In this document: positions 37,123-46,265 of the stretch, one piece after another
How the letters are laid out: every line of letters begins with the position of its first letter
Numbering within the stretch: the stretch's first letter is position 1
From: Dehalococcoidia bacterium UBA7891
GTDB lineage: Bacteria > Chloroflexota > Dehalococcoidia > Lucifugimonadales > UBA826
Direction of reading: 5' to 3'
Assembly: GCA_002500485.1 (NCBI GenBank)
Contig: DLRJ01000028.1
Span: 1-60,920 of the forward strand
DNA length: 60,920 nt
Notes under the pieces: generated by a model
The model's input: only the letters and a program-made list of their open reading frames with translations
What the model was told of the DNA's origin: nothing
The model's database searches: none
Made by a program: the position numbers and the translations under genes

Positions 37123-38070
37123 TTGACCCATTCGGAAGAAAATGTAGAGACACTTGAAAAAAGAAAGCCGGCGGGGCTGCTACCCACTGTTTTTCAGATA
37201 TTCCTCTCTTTGCTTTGGGGGGGGAATCACGTAAGTATAAAAGCATCTCTTGAGTATGGAACCCCTTTACAAGTTGGATGGATGAGATTTGTGGTCGGAG
37301 GGACGGTAACTTTTGCTTATATGCTCCTTAGAAAAGAGTCTTTCACGGTTAACAAAAATGAAATTCGCCCGCTTTTAATAGTAGGAGCCCTTTTCACCGT
37401 ACAGATTATGTTTATGAACGTCGGTCAATATTTGACCACTGCCGGACATGCCACTGCGTTAAATTCCACTTACCCTATTTGGGCGGCAGTAATAGCCCAT
37501 TTCTTGGTTCCAACCGATACTCTTACTCGATGGAAAGTATTGGCAATTGTTTTGTCCTACATAGGTATATTGACGATAGTCTTTGGGGATGTCGGAATTG
37601 TCGTACCAGGCGTTTCCATAGAAGGCGACTTGATGAGTCTTTTGTCAGCTATTTTGTTGGGGTTGCGGTTGGTTTTGATGTCCAATTTTGCCCAAAATAT
37701 GTCTGAGGCGAAAATTATGTTTGGGCAACTTGTCATTGGAATAACGTTATTTTTCATAGGTAGTTTGCTTTTTGAATCCCCTCAATACACCATCGAATCA
37801 AGATTTTGGTTAGCACTTGCCTATCAAGGATTTGTGATCGCAGGATTTGGATTTCTTGCCAATGCATGGTTGGTAAAGAAATATTTACCTTCGACAGTAA
37901 CATTTTACTCATTTATACAACCACCTGCCGGTGTTATATTGGCTTGGTTGGTTCTTTCAGAAGATCCGGGCCGAGGACTGCTAGGGGGTCTTGTATTTGT
38001 AGTTGCTGGTGCTATTACGTTTGGCTCTGAGTCGTTCGTTAAAGCCAAGAAACGAGAGGCATTAGTCTAA
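37123..38070 (+). CDS. DMT/EamA family transporter
   Basis: Ten TM in two repeats; LLWGGN, RF and LSE signatures. Confidence 0.9.
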   Translation: MTHSEENVETLEKRKPAGLLPTVFQIFLSLLWGGNHVSIKASLEYGTPLQVGWMRFVVGGTVTFAYMLLRKESFTVNKNEIRPLLIVGALFTVQIMFMNVGQYLTTAGHATALNSTYPIWAAVIAHFLVPTDTLTRWKVLAIVLSYIGILTIVFGDVGIVVPGVSIEGDLMSLLSAILLGLRLVLMSNFAQNMSEAKIMFGQLVIGITLFFIGSLLFESPQYTIESRFWLALAYQGFVIAGFGFLANAWLVKKYLPSTVTFYSFIQPPAGVILAWLVLSEDPGRGLLGGLVFVVAGAITFGSESFVKAKKREALV

Positions 38071-39188
38071 TGAAAATTGTTGACGTAATAAGTGAAGTTT
38101 TTGAGTGGGAAAGGCCTGGAATTTGGAATGGGGGACACTTTTACGGCCCAGGTCGGCTTCATAAAGTCACAGTTAAGACCGATGAGGGAATCGAAGGGTT
38201 TGGTTGGAATGGTGGTACTGCTGCTGAAAGACCTTTGAATGTGTTTCCTCCTTTTGTGGATTATTTCCGTGACTTGTTGATTGGAAGAGATCCGTTTGAA
38301 ACTAGGAAGATAGCAGAAGATTTGGGTGAAAAACACATAAAAATATTGGGCCCAGGGGGAGTTAACACGCAAGTTTTAGCAGCAATAAATATCGCCTGTT
38401 GGGATATAAAAGGTAAAGCCTTAGAAAAATCAGTACATGAATTGCTAGGAGGGAGCCAAGATCGTATCAGAACGTATATTGCTGGAGGTTATTATGCTGA
38501 AGGGAAAGGACTTAAAGAACTTCAAGACGAGGTTCTTTTCAATATTAATGAAATGAATGCTGGTGCTGTGAAGATTAAAATCGGCGATCCAAATGAAGGT
38601 ATTAAGGGTGATATGCTGAGGGTGGAGGCGGCTAGGAAGGCTGTAGGGGATGATGTGGTTTTGATGGTTGATGCAAATTGTGCGTTAGATCTGAACCAGT
38701 CCTTAGCATTTGCTCATGAACTAGATAAATTTGGAGTGTATTGGTTTGAGGAACCTATGCCAATACATCGGTATAAAGAACATGGTGTTTTGAAAGAAAA
38801 CTCGAATGTGAAGATTGCTACTGGTGAAAATGGATACCATATTTCTCATTTTGAAACCCTTCTTGACCATCAAGGGGCTGATATTTTGAACGTTGACGTA
38901 GCAATTTGCCCTGGATATGACATTGCTAAAGATATAACCGATCTAGCTAAAGAAAAAGGCGTATCGATAGCTCCACATGGCTGTCAGGAACTTCAATTAC
39001 CTCTTGCTGCTGGTATACCACATGGGGAATTTTTGGAATACTATCCGGTTGCAGTTGACCCACTTAGGGCAGAGATGTTTATACCACGAATGGTTCCTGA
39101 CACTGATGGATATGTTACTGTGCCTGACAGGCCCGGTATTGGATTCGAATTAAATATGGAGCTGCTAAACAGATATAAATTGTCATGA
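38070..39188 (+). CDS. Mandelate racemase/muconate lactonizing enzyme (enolase superfamily)
   Basis: KIK, VDAN, FEEP, TGEN and APH motifs; TAATG coupling to the upstream gene. Confidence 0.93.
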   Translation: MKIVDVISEVFEWERPGIWNGGHFYGPGRLHKVTVKTDEGIEGFGWNGGTAAERPLNVFPPFVDYFRDLLIGRDPFETRKIAEDLGEKHIKILGPGGVNTQVLAAINIACWDIKGKALEKSVHELLGGSQDRIRTYIAGGYYAEGKGLKELQDEVLFNINEMNAGAVKIKIGDPNEGIKGDMLRVEAARKAVGDDVVLMVDANCALDLNQSLAFAHELDKFGVYWFEEPMPIHRYKEHGVLKENSNVKIATGENGYHISHFETLLDHQGADILNVDVAICPGYDIAKDITDLAKEKGVSIAPHGCQELQLPLAAGIPHGEFLEYYPVAVDPLRAEMFIPRMVPDTDGYVTVPDRPGIGFELNMELLNRYKLS

Positions 39189-39727
39189 TAGATTTTCCTA
39201 TGATCGTGCATTATCTGGAAATATTTTCAAAAGAAAATATCAATCGAAAGTTGATTGTTCAGAGCGATTTAAAAATAACGAAGGTTAGAGAACCAGATCC
39301 TGCTTTTGCCCAATGGCTCTATAGGACAGTTGGTAGGGAATGGTACTGGGTTGATAGGTATTACTGGAGTTTAAATGAGTGGGAGGAGTGGATTTCAGAT
39401 TCATGTATATCTTTGTGGATTATGGAACTTTCAGATAGGCCCATTGGGTTTTATATGTTGGATCCCCAAGATAATAACAATGTGGAAGTATCTTACTTCG
39501 GATTACTCCCAGGATACCTTGGAAGCGGATTGGGTGGTCACCTTTTGACAAATGCTTTGGACGATGCATTTTCCATGGGGGCATCTCGGGTATGGCTGCA
39601 TACTTGTAGTCTAGATCATCCATACGCTTTATCCAATTACGAGGCACGTGGAATGAATGTGTACAAGGTAGAAGATGACTTGCAACATATACCTGATGGA
39701 TGGCCTGTACCTGACGACCTGACTTAA
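39185..39727 (+). CDS. GNAT family N-acetyltransferase
   Basis: YFGLLP..LGSGLGG and WLHTCSLDHPYALSNY motifs; ATGA overlap with the upstream gene. Confidence 0.9.
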   Translation: MIDFPMIVHYLEIFSKENINRKLIVQSDLKITKVREPDPAFAQWLYRTVGREWYWVDRYYWSLNEWEEWISDSCISLWIMELSDRPIGFYMLDPQDNNNVEVSYFGLLPGYLGSGLGGHLLTNALDDAFSMGASRVWLHTCSLDHPYALSNYEARGMNVYKVEDDLQHIPDGWPVPDDLT

Positions 39728-39731
39728 AAGG

Positions 39732-40685
39732 CTAAGTTACTTTTCTAAGTTTACTTAGGCTACGAAGTTCTTTTGGAGGATTCATATGGCTGCCTCTGAT
39801 GGTATATGAAACTTCACCAACATATATATCTCCGTGTGAATCTACGCCGATACCATGAGGTGCTATGAATTTACCCGGCTCTTCGCCTTCTTCAGGGTGC
39901 CCAATTCTTCCGAGTTTTTCACCGGAAGGACTTATGATACTTATGTTGTGGCCATGGTTAGGAGGAGTAGGATCTGCTTGTGTCATACCTGGTAGCTCGC
40001 CAATATATATATTTCCGTCTGGGCCAATAGTCAGCCCGTTGGGCATGAATATATTGTTCCAAACATCTATAACATTGCCATCTGTGTCAAAAATTTGTAC
40101 TCGATGGGCTTCACGATCTGCAACTATGACCCTGTCGTTGTCGTCCACAGCTATATTGTGAGGCCTGAGGAATTGGCCAGGTTCTATACCTGGTTCTCCC
40201 CATGATTTGATGTAATTACCTTCAGCTGAATATTTATGAACTCGAAAATTTCCATATCCGTCGGTTATGAATATATCCCCACTTTTTTTTGATACCGCAG
40301 CATGTGTTGGACGGTTGAAAGGTTCACCCTTCCATATTTCGGAGGATTTACCTGGAGTGCCTATTGTCATGAGTAGTTCACCTTCTCTAGTGAACTTAGT
40401 TATTGTGTGGATTCCATCATCCGCGCAGTAGACAGTATCATCAGGCCCTATCAAAATTCCGTGTGTTCTATTGCTGAATATACCTGCCCCAAATCCCCTT
40501 AAGAAGTTGCCATCTCTATTAAAAACCATTACTGGATGGTCAGTATTGCGGCTGAATGTGTATATTTCATCTTGTGAGTCTACTGCCACTCCGGGTGTTT
40601 CTATCAGTGTGGCTCCACCAGGTAGTATTGGCCATGAATCTACGGCTTCATATTTAAAATTGCCAGTGCCGACTGTAACGCTCAT
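39732..40685 (-). CDS. NHL-repeat beta-propeller, PAL-like (paralog of 7375-8298)
   Basis: FNRPTHAA, DGYGNFRV, PGQFLRPH, ADREAHRVQ and FIAPHG motifs. Start at ATG 40685 behind GAGGGG. Confidence 0.88.
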   Translation of the reverse strand: MSVTVGTGNFKYEAVDSWPILPGGATLIETPGVAVDSQDEIYTFSRNTDHPVMVFNRDGNFLRGFGAGIFSNRTHGILIGPDDTVYCADDGIHTITKFTREGELLMTIGTPGKSSEIWKGEPFNRPTHAAVSKKSGDIFITDGYGNFRVHKYSAEGNYIKSWGEPGIEPGQFLRPHNIAVDDNDRVIVADREAHRVQIFDTDGNVIDVWNNIFMPNGLTIGPDGNIYIGELPGMTQADPTPPNHGHNISIISPSGEKLGRIGHPEEGEEPGKFIAPHGIGVDSHGDIYVGEVSYTIRGSHMNPPKELRSLSKLRKVT

Positions 40686-40793
40686 TTTGCCCCTCGCTAT
40701 TGTGAAAATGTCTTTGTCTACCTTGAACATAACATTAGCTAGAAACACAGTCAATTTTGTTGAAATACACAAAAGCATCCTATTATCTTAGTA

Positions 40794-40823
40794 TTGAAAA
40801 TAGAACATAAGTTCTATTATAAT
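40794..40823 (+). promoter_or_regulatory. sigma70 promoter of imuB-dnaE2
   Basis: TTGAAA (40794-40799), 18-nt spacer, TATAAT (40818-40823). Confidence 0.65.
40801..40816. promoter_or_regulatory. LexA/SOS box (Cheo type, GAAC-N4-GTTC)
   Basis: TAGAAC-ATAA-GTTCTA palindrome inside the promoter spacer, 50 nt before the imuB ATG; matches the Firmicutes/Actinobacteria/Dehalococcoides LexA consensus. Confidence 0.88.
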
Positions 40824-40866
40824 TATACCCCTAGCTTTATCAACATATAAAAAACAATTTAAAAAT

Positions 40867-42336
40867 ATGCCTAACGAAAATTCTAAAATCGGATGTCTTT
40901 TAATGACTCATTTCGGAGTTAAGTCAGAAATCAATAAAAATCCTGAACTCTCTAATAATGAGGTTATTTTGTATTCTCGCGAATCTACTAAATTACCTGT
41001 AGTTGAAGATTTTTCTAAAACTATAAAGAATATTTCAAAAGGAATTCCACTTTCGTCTGCATTGTCCAGATATCCTGATTCCGTAAAATTTGAATTTGAT
41101 AGTAAAAATTACGAACAAATCTTCGCTTCAGTTATATCAAATATTGCAAGAATAACTCCAAAAATTGAGAGATCAAATTTGGGGGTTATTTATATAAATA
41201 TGCACGGATTGAGTGAAATATATGGAGGTGAAGCTAAATTAGTTACTCATATATTGGATTCAGTCCCATATTTTCTAGAACCAAGATTTGGGATATCTGT
41301 AAATAAATTTTCTGCATATGCCGCAGCCTTTTCTTCTACCCCCGGCGGGTCTACAAAAATATTAAAAAATATTGATTCTTTCTTAGCTACTTTTAATGTG
41401 GATATATTGCCTATTAAAAGAAGTAGCATTATTAATTTCCATAAATTTGGTATGCATACAATTGGTGATATAGCAGCTCAAGATTATGGGTCGATTTATT
41501 CTAAGTTTGGAGATGAAGGCTGTAGAGCCTTATCGTTGTCTCGTGTTGAAAATAGTGATTACATTTCTTCTAATAAACCTGTTCAAGATATAACCGAACA
41601 GCTATCTTTACCATTTCCTTCTGATTCTCTTTCCGTTCTTTTTACAGCGTTAGAATTTTTAATACAGAAAGCTTTTATTCGACCTGTTTTAAGAAGTAAA
41701 TATATTAGAAAAATATCCATCTTGCTTGAACTTATTGGATCTCCGGTTTGGACCAAAAGTTTGATCTTAAAGAGGCCAGTTGGTAATTCCAATGACTTAT
41801 GTTTATTGCTTAGATCAGAGCTAGAAAATTTGGAATTGCCCGGATTAATTGAAGATATCTCGATTACAATTACAGATTTTGTTGGAGAGCATGGTATTCA
41901 ATATCGTGCCTTCAAAGAAATTCGTGATCACCTTGATGAAAGAAAAGATCAGTTAATTAAAGTAGACCGTCATATCCGCAAGAAGATACCTGCCAAGAAT
42001 TCTCTTCACAAGCTTCTTACTGTGAATCCAGAGCATCCAGTTCCTGAGCGAAGGGCACTACAGGTTTCTATAGATCCTGATACGAAATTTTCTGTTATGT
42101 CTATTAATCTACCTCAAAAAATCACGGTTCAAGAACTAAACAATATCCCTAAATTTCTATCTCTATCTAATGGATATAATCTAAAAGTTAAAGTTTTAGA
42201 CATCTGGAAGATTGACTTATGGTGGATCTCGGATCCGATCAGTCGTACTTATTATAGTATCAGTACACCTGACCATAAGATTATGACGATATTTAAAGAT
42301 AGTGTTAAAAAACGTTGGTATCGTCAAAACTACTGA
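40867..42336 (+). CDS. imuB: ImuB-like inactive Y-family polymerase
   Basis: Y-family layout (GISVNKFSA, LPI, FGMHTIGD) without the catalytic acidic motifs; clamp-like QYRAF; C-terminal WW...RTYY...WY domain; directly upstream of dnaE2. Confidence 0.8.
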   Translation: MPNENSKIGCLLMTHFGVKSEINKNPELSNNEVILYSRESTKLPVVEDFSKTIKNISKGIPLSSALSRYPDSVKFEFDSKNYEQIFASVISNIARITPKIERSNLGVIYINMHGLSEIYGGEAKLVTHILDSVPYFLEPRFGISVNKFSAYAAAFSSTPGGSTKILKNIDSFLATFNVDILPIKRSSIINFHKFGMHTIGDIAAQDYGSIYSKFGDEGCRALSLSRVENSDYISSNKPVQDITEQLSLPFPSDSLSVLFTALEFLIQKAFIRPVLRSKYIRKISILLELIGSPVWTKSLILKRPVGNSNDLCLLLRSELENLELPGLIEDISITITDFVGEHGIQYRAFKEIRDHLDERKDQLIKVDRHIRKKIPAKNSLHKLLTVNPEHPVPERRALQVSIDPDTKFSVMSINLPQKITVQELNNIPKFLSLSNGYNLKVKVLDIWKIDLWWISDPISRTYYSISTPDHKIMTIFKDSVKKRWYRQNY

Positions 42337-45300
42337 TGCATGTCAGCTCTAAATATGTAGAACTGCATGCGCATAGTTTTTATTCTTTTGGTGAAGGGGC
42401 TTCCCATATAGATGAACTTCTTTCTAGAGCTTATGAACTAGCCTATCCTGCGATGGCTCTTACGGATTACAACATGTGTGGGGCTCTAGAATTTTCTAGG
42501 CAATCTGATCATTTCGGGATAAAACCTATAACAGGTGCTGAAATAATTCTTGAGGATAATTCTCACATAGTTTTATTAGCTAAAAACAGGATCGGATACT
42601 CCAACATATCGCGATTACTCACTTTAGCTAACGGGTCGGATCGTAGGGACCCTAAGTTAGACCCTATGCATATACCTGAATATGCCTCTGGGACCATACT
42701 ACTCACTGGCGCACAGAATGGCCTAATCTCAAACGCTATTAAAGAACACAAAATAGATAGAGCAAAAGCTGTACTTAATAAGTACAGGGAGTATTTTGAA
42801 GATGATTCTATCTATATAGAGTTAAATCGTAATTTTATGTATGGCGATTCTAGTCGTATAAATTCGTTAATTTCTATAGGATCAGATATGAAACTTCCGT
42901 TAGTTGCAACGAATAATGTTCATTACCATATTGCTGATAGATACAAGTTACAAAATGTGCTCACTTCAATTAGAAGTAATACGAATTTAGATAAATTAAC
43001 TCACCTTCTTAAGATAAATTCCGAGTTTTATCTAAAATCAGAATCTCAGATGCAGCGGTTGTTTAAATCTATCCCCAAGGCCATTACAAATACTCTCGCT
43101 ATATCTGATATGTGTGAGTTTAATTTATCTTCTGATCTTGGTTATGAACTACCATCACCCAGTGTTCCAGATGGATTCACTCCCTTTACGTATCTTAGTC
43201 GTCTTTGTTATGAAGCTGCGCAGAGACGCTACGGTGCGGTGAGTAATTCTGTAGACAATAGATTGAGAGAAGAGTTGAGACTTATAAAAAAACATAACTT
43301 GGCAGGCTTCATGCTTTTATACCGTGAAATTGTTCTTATAGCACGAGAAATAAGCGTTGATATGGGTAAGTTGGATTCAGAGGAACCTATAGAAAGCAGG
43401 TCACCTGGAAGAGGTAGAGGATCTTCAGTTGCCATGTTAACCGGGTATTTAATAGGTATATCTCATGTTGACCCTTTACTGTACAACTTAACATTAGAAA
43501 GATTTGTACCAGAGGATTTAAAAACATTACCCGACATCGATATAGATTTTCCTAGGTCAATAAGAGAAGAATTAATACCTAGAATCCATGAGTATTTTGG
43601 ACCTCAATTTGCAGTACTCACAGGTATGATAACCAGGTATAAGTTAAAAGGAATTTTGAAAGATTTAGGTAAAGTTTTTGGAATATCGGATGTAGATATT
43701 AGAAATCTTTCAAAAAAAATCCATAATTCAGACCCTACCTCCTTGAAAGATGAGATGTTGTCTATTCCAGAATTTAAAAATGCCGTTGATTTACCGGAAT
43801 GGCAAAATATAATTTCTCTTGCCCCTCAGCTTAAAGACGCTCCCAAGACTTTGGGTCAGCATGTAGGGGGAATGATTCTAAGCTCCTCTCCCATTTCAGA
43901 TATGGTCCCCTTTAGAAAAAGCGCAATTGAAGGTAGATACATCATTGATTGGGATAAAGATAGTATTGCTGATGCAGGGTTTGCAAAAATAGATATACTC
44001 TCTCTTCCTGTTTTGGATCAAATAGATGAATCTATATCTTTAATTCAAAACACAACAGGTAAGTTAGTTGATATTACTCAAGTAACTCCAGAAGATAATG
44101 AGGTCTTTGACATGATAAACACAGGTTTATCAAAAGGCGTTTTTCTTCTCCAATCGCCTGCACAGTTAAAGATGGGCCAACGTCTTCTATCAAGAAGTTT
44201 GAATGACCTTGCCTATCAAGTTGCTTTAATAAGGCCTGGGGTAGGTGTGCAGGGTAATTCAGTTTCACAGTTTGTGGAGCGATATAGACATGGAACACCG
44301 TGGCAATATGATCATCATTTAGAACAACGTGCCCTTGAGCGGACTTGTGGGATTATTGTGTGGCAAGAACAGGTAGTACAGCTAATATCAGATATATCAG
44401 GAATAAGTCAGGCTGAATCAGATGAGATGCGGAGAGGATTTGCTAAAACTAATAATGAGAGTCTTATTAAAGGTTACTGGCATAAATTTGTAAAAGGTGC
44501 GATTAAAAAAGGGGTTTCAGAAGAAATAGCTCACAAAATATTTTCTAAAATAAACGGGCAATATATGTTTCCGGAGTCTCATTCTCATGCTTTTGCTGTT
44601 TCAGCATATCAGTCGGCGTGGTTAAAAACTCATTATCCATTAGAATTCTATGTCAGTCTTATGAATAATCAGCCCATGGGATTTTATCCTTTGGAGACCA
44701 TCAAACAAGATGCGAGGAAATTTGGAGTCGATTTTTATAATCCTGATATTAATCATAGCCAAAACAAATGTACGGTTAATGGGAATTCACTTCTAATTGG
44801 GCTGGAATTTGTTAAAAATATTGGCATACAAAATTCCCAAAATATTATAGATGAGCGTAATGTTCGAGGCCCTTTTAATTCTGTGGGCGATTTTATTCGC
44901 AGGGTTCAAATAAAACCAGATTCAGCTGAATCATTAATTTTTTCTGGGGCATTTGATTCCCTTATATCTAATCGTAGATTGGCTTTATGGGAATCAGGGC
45001 TTTATAAAGGTCCGTCTGGGTCGCAAATAACCTTACCGATTTCGATGGACGATAATATACCTGGTCTAGCTGACTTTTCCAGCTATGAAAAAATGATATT
45101 GGAATATAAGGCTATAGATATGTACCCGAAAGGCCATATTATGGATTTTATTAGACCTCTTCTACCTTCGAACGTTTCGAGTACTTATGATGCCTATTCA
45201 ATGAGAGAGGGTGAATCAGTATCTGTGTGTGGGATGGGAATTGCTAGGCAACACCCAAGGGGGTACAAGGGAGCCATATTTGTTACCGTAGAAGACGAAA

Positions 45301-45485
45301 GTTCAGATATTCAATTAATACTTTGGCCAGACATACACAAGAAGTATATGAGAGTTTTAGAAGACCCTATTATTTTGGCTACAGGAAAAATATCACGACA
45401 GGATGGTACTACTAGTGTGGTCGTATCTCATTTAGAAACTTTAGAACCTAAAATCGGGTTACCTTCTGCACATAATTGGTATTGA
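42336..45485 (+). CDS. dnaE2: Error-prone DNA polymerase III alpha (DnaE2/ImuC)
   Basis: ELHAHS PHP domain, GRGSS, PDIDIDF, QHVGG, FPESH and NQPMGFY motifs; short C-terminus ending SAHNWY. Start at ATG 42336 (TGATG coupling). Confidence 0.92.
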   Translation: MHVSSKYVELHAHSFYSFGEGASHIDELLSRAYELAYPAMALTDYNMCGALEFSRQSDHFGIKPITGAEIILEDNSHIVLLAKNRIGYSNISRLLTLANGSDRRDPKLDPMHIPEYASGTILLTGAQNGLISNAIKEHKIDRAKAVLNKYREYFEDDSIYIELNRNFMYGDSSRINSLISIGSDMKLPLVATNNVHYHIADRYKLQNVLTSIRSNTNLDKLTHLLKINSEFYLKSESQMQRLFKSIPKAITNTLAISDMCEFNLSSDLGYELPSPSVPDGFTPFTYLSRLCYEAAQRRYGAVSNSVDNRLREELRLIKKHNLAGFMLLYREIVLIAREISVDMGKLDSEEPIESRSPGRGRGSSVAMLTGYLIGISHVDPLLYNLTLERFVPEDLKTLPDIDIDFPRSIREELIPRIHEYFGPQFAVLTGMITRYKLKGILKDLGKVFGISDVDIRNLSKKIHNSDPTSLKDEMLSIPEFKNAVDLPEWQNIISLAPQLKDAPKTLGQHVGGMILSSSPISDMVPFRKSAIEGRYIIDWDKDSIADAGFAKIDILSLPVLDQIDESISLIQNTTGKLVDITQVTPEDNEVFDMINTGLSKGVFLLQSPAQLKMGQRLLSRSLNDLAYQVALIRPGVGVQGNSVSQFVERYRHGTPWQYDHHLEQRALERTCGIIVWQEQVVQLISDISGISQAESDEMRRGFAKTNNESLIKGYWHKFVKGAIKKGVSEEIAHKIFSKINGQYMFPESHSHAFAVSAYQSAWLKTHYPLEFYVSLMNNQPMGFYPLETIKQDARKFGVDFYNPDINHSQNKCTVNGNSLLIGLEFVKNIGIQNSQNIIDERNVRGPFNSVGDFIRRVQIKPDSAESLIFSGAFDSLISNRRLALWESGLYKGPSGSQITLPISMDDNIPGLADFSSYEKMILEYKAIDMYPKGHIMDFIRPLLPSNVSSTYDAYSMREGESVSVCGMGIARQHPRGYKGAIFVTVEDESSDIQLILWPDIHKKYMRVLEDPIILATGKISRQDGTTSVVVSHLETLEPKIGLPSAHNWY

Positions 45486-45504
45486 TTTCCAGTTATATAT
45501 TTCC

Positions 45505-46158
45505 CTAGCTGGTGGCTAGAAGTTCTCTCACAATATTTCTTTCAAGTTCTAGGCCAAGCATGGTAGTGAGCTCTGTTCTACCATGGTCACCAATGGTTAC
45601 TACAAAGGAAACCCCTAAAAGTCGCCCAATTTTAAAATCGATAACAGTTGTGGATAAAATTCCTTCCTCACCAGATTGAACTGCTCTTATCCCAATGGAT
45701 CTATCATAAAAGTCATCGATTTCGAGTTCTTCCACAGCAACCAAAATTTGGTTTTCTCCAACTTCATTACCTACATTATTTCTAAATTGTGCAACAAAAG
45801 TATCTGTCATCCATTTTTCAGAGTATTCTTGGTCCTTGAAAAGGTGGACAACTGTAGCGGCCACAATATCTGAACCGTCCTTACTCTGTGGTACGGCAGA
45901 CGGTGATGCAAATTCCCTTAAGTACCCAGTAAGGCGACCTGCCTCATCATATCTTTCCTCTGTATTACCAGGGAATCCATGAGTAGCCATGGTCCTATTA
46001 TCCAAAATACTCTCTCTGAGTAGCGAGAATTCAGTCAGCTCATTTGGGAGTTGACCGAGATCCAAGGTCATGTTTTGGAGTGATTCACTTGAAAGTTCGT
46101 ATGTTGCTTGTGCTAATGAATTCGTCATTTCTATTACAGTTAACTTTTTAGTCGACAT
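45505..46158 (-). CDS. Hypothetical protein
   Basis: About 217-aa ORF filling the gap between dnaE2 and the Kelch gene; no signal peptide; family not recognised. Confidence 0.7.
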   Translation of the reverse strand: MSTKKLTVIEMTNSLAQATYELSSESLQNMTLDLGQLPNELTEFSLLRESILDNRTMATHGFPGNTEERYDEAGRLTGYLREFASPSAVPQSKDGSDIVAATVVHLFKDQEYSEKWMTDTFVAQFRNNVGNEVGENQILVAVEELEIDDFYDRSIGIRAVQSGEEGILSTTVIDFKIGRLLGVSFVVTIGDHGRTELTTMLGLELERNIVRELLATS

Positions 46159-46265
46159 CAATATATACCCTAAGTATAAACCGGATGTCCAGATCAGAGT
46201 TAACTGCTAAGCAGATGTTAAAATTCTCGCTAAGTGTTTTGAACATGCACTTGGAGTCCATCGTT

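Noticed and set aside
40867-42336. Active DinB/Pol IV
   Set aside because: The catalytic DxDxF and SIDE motifs are replaced (LMTHF, SNLG); the context fits ImuB.
42315-45485. Replicative DnaE1, and the track start at 42315
   Set aside because: The short C-terminus, NQPMGFY, SOS box and imuB linkage indicate DnaE2. ATG 42336 overlapping the imuB stop is the more plausible start.
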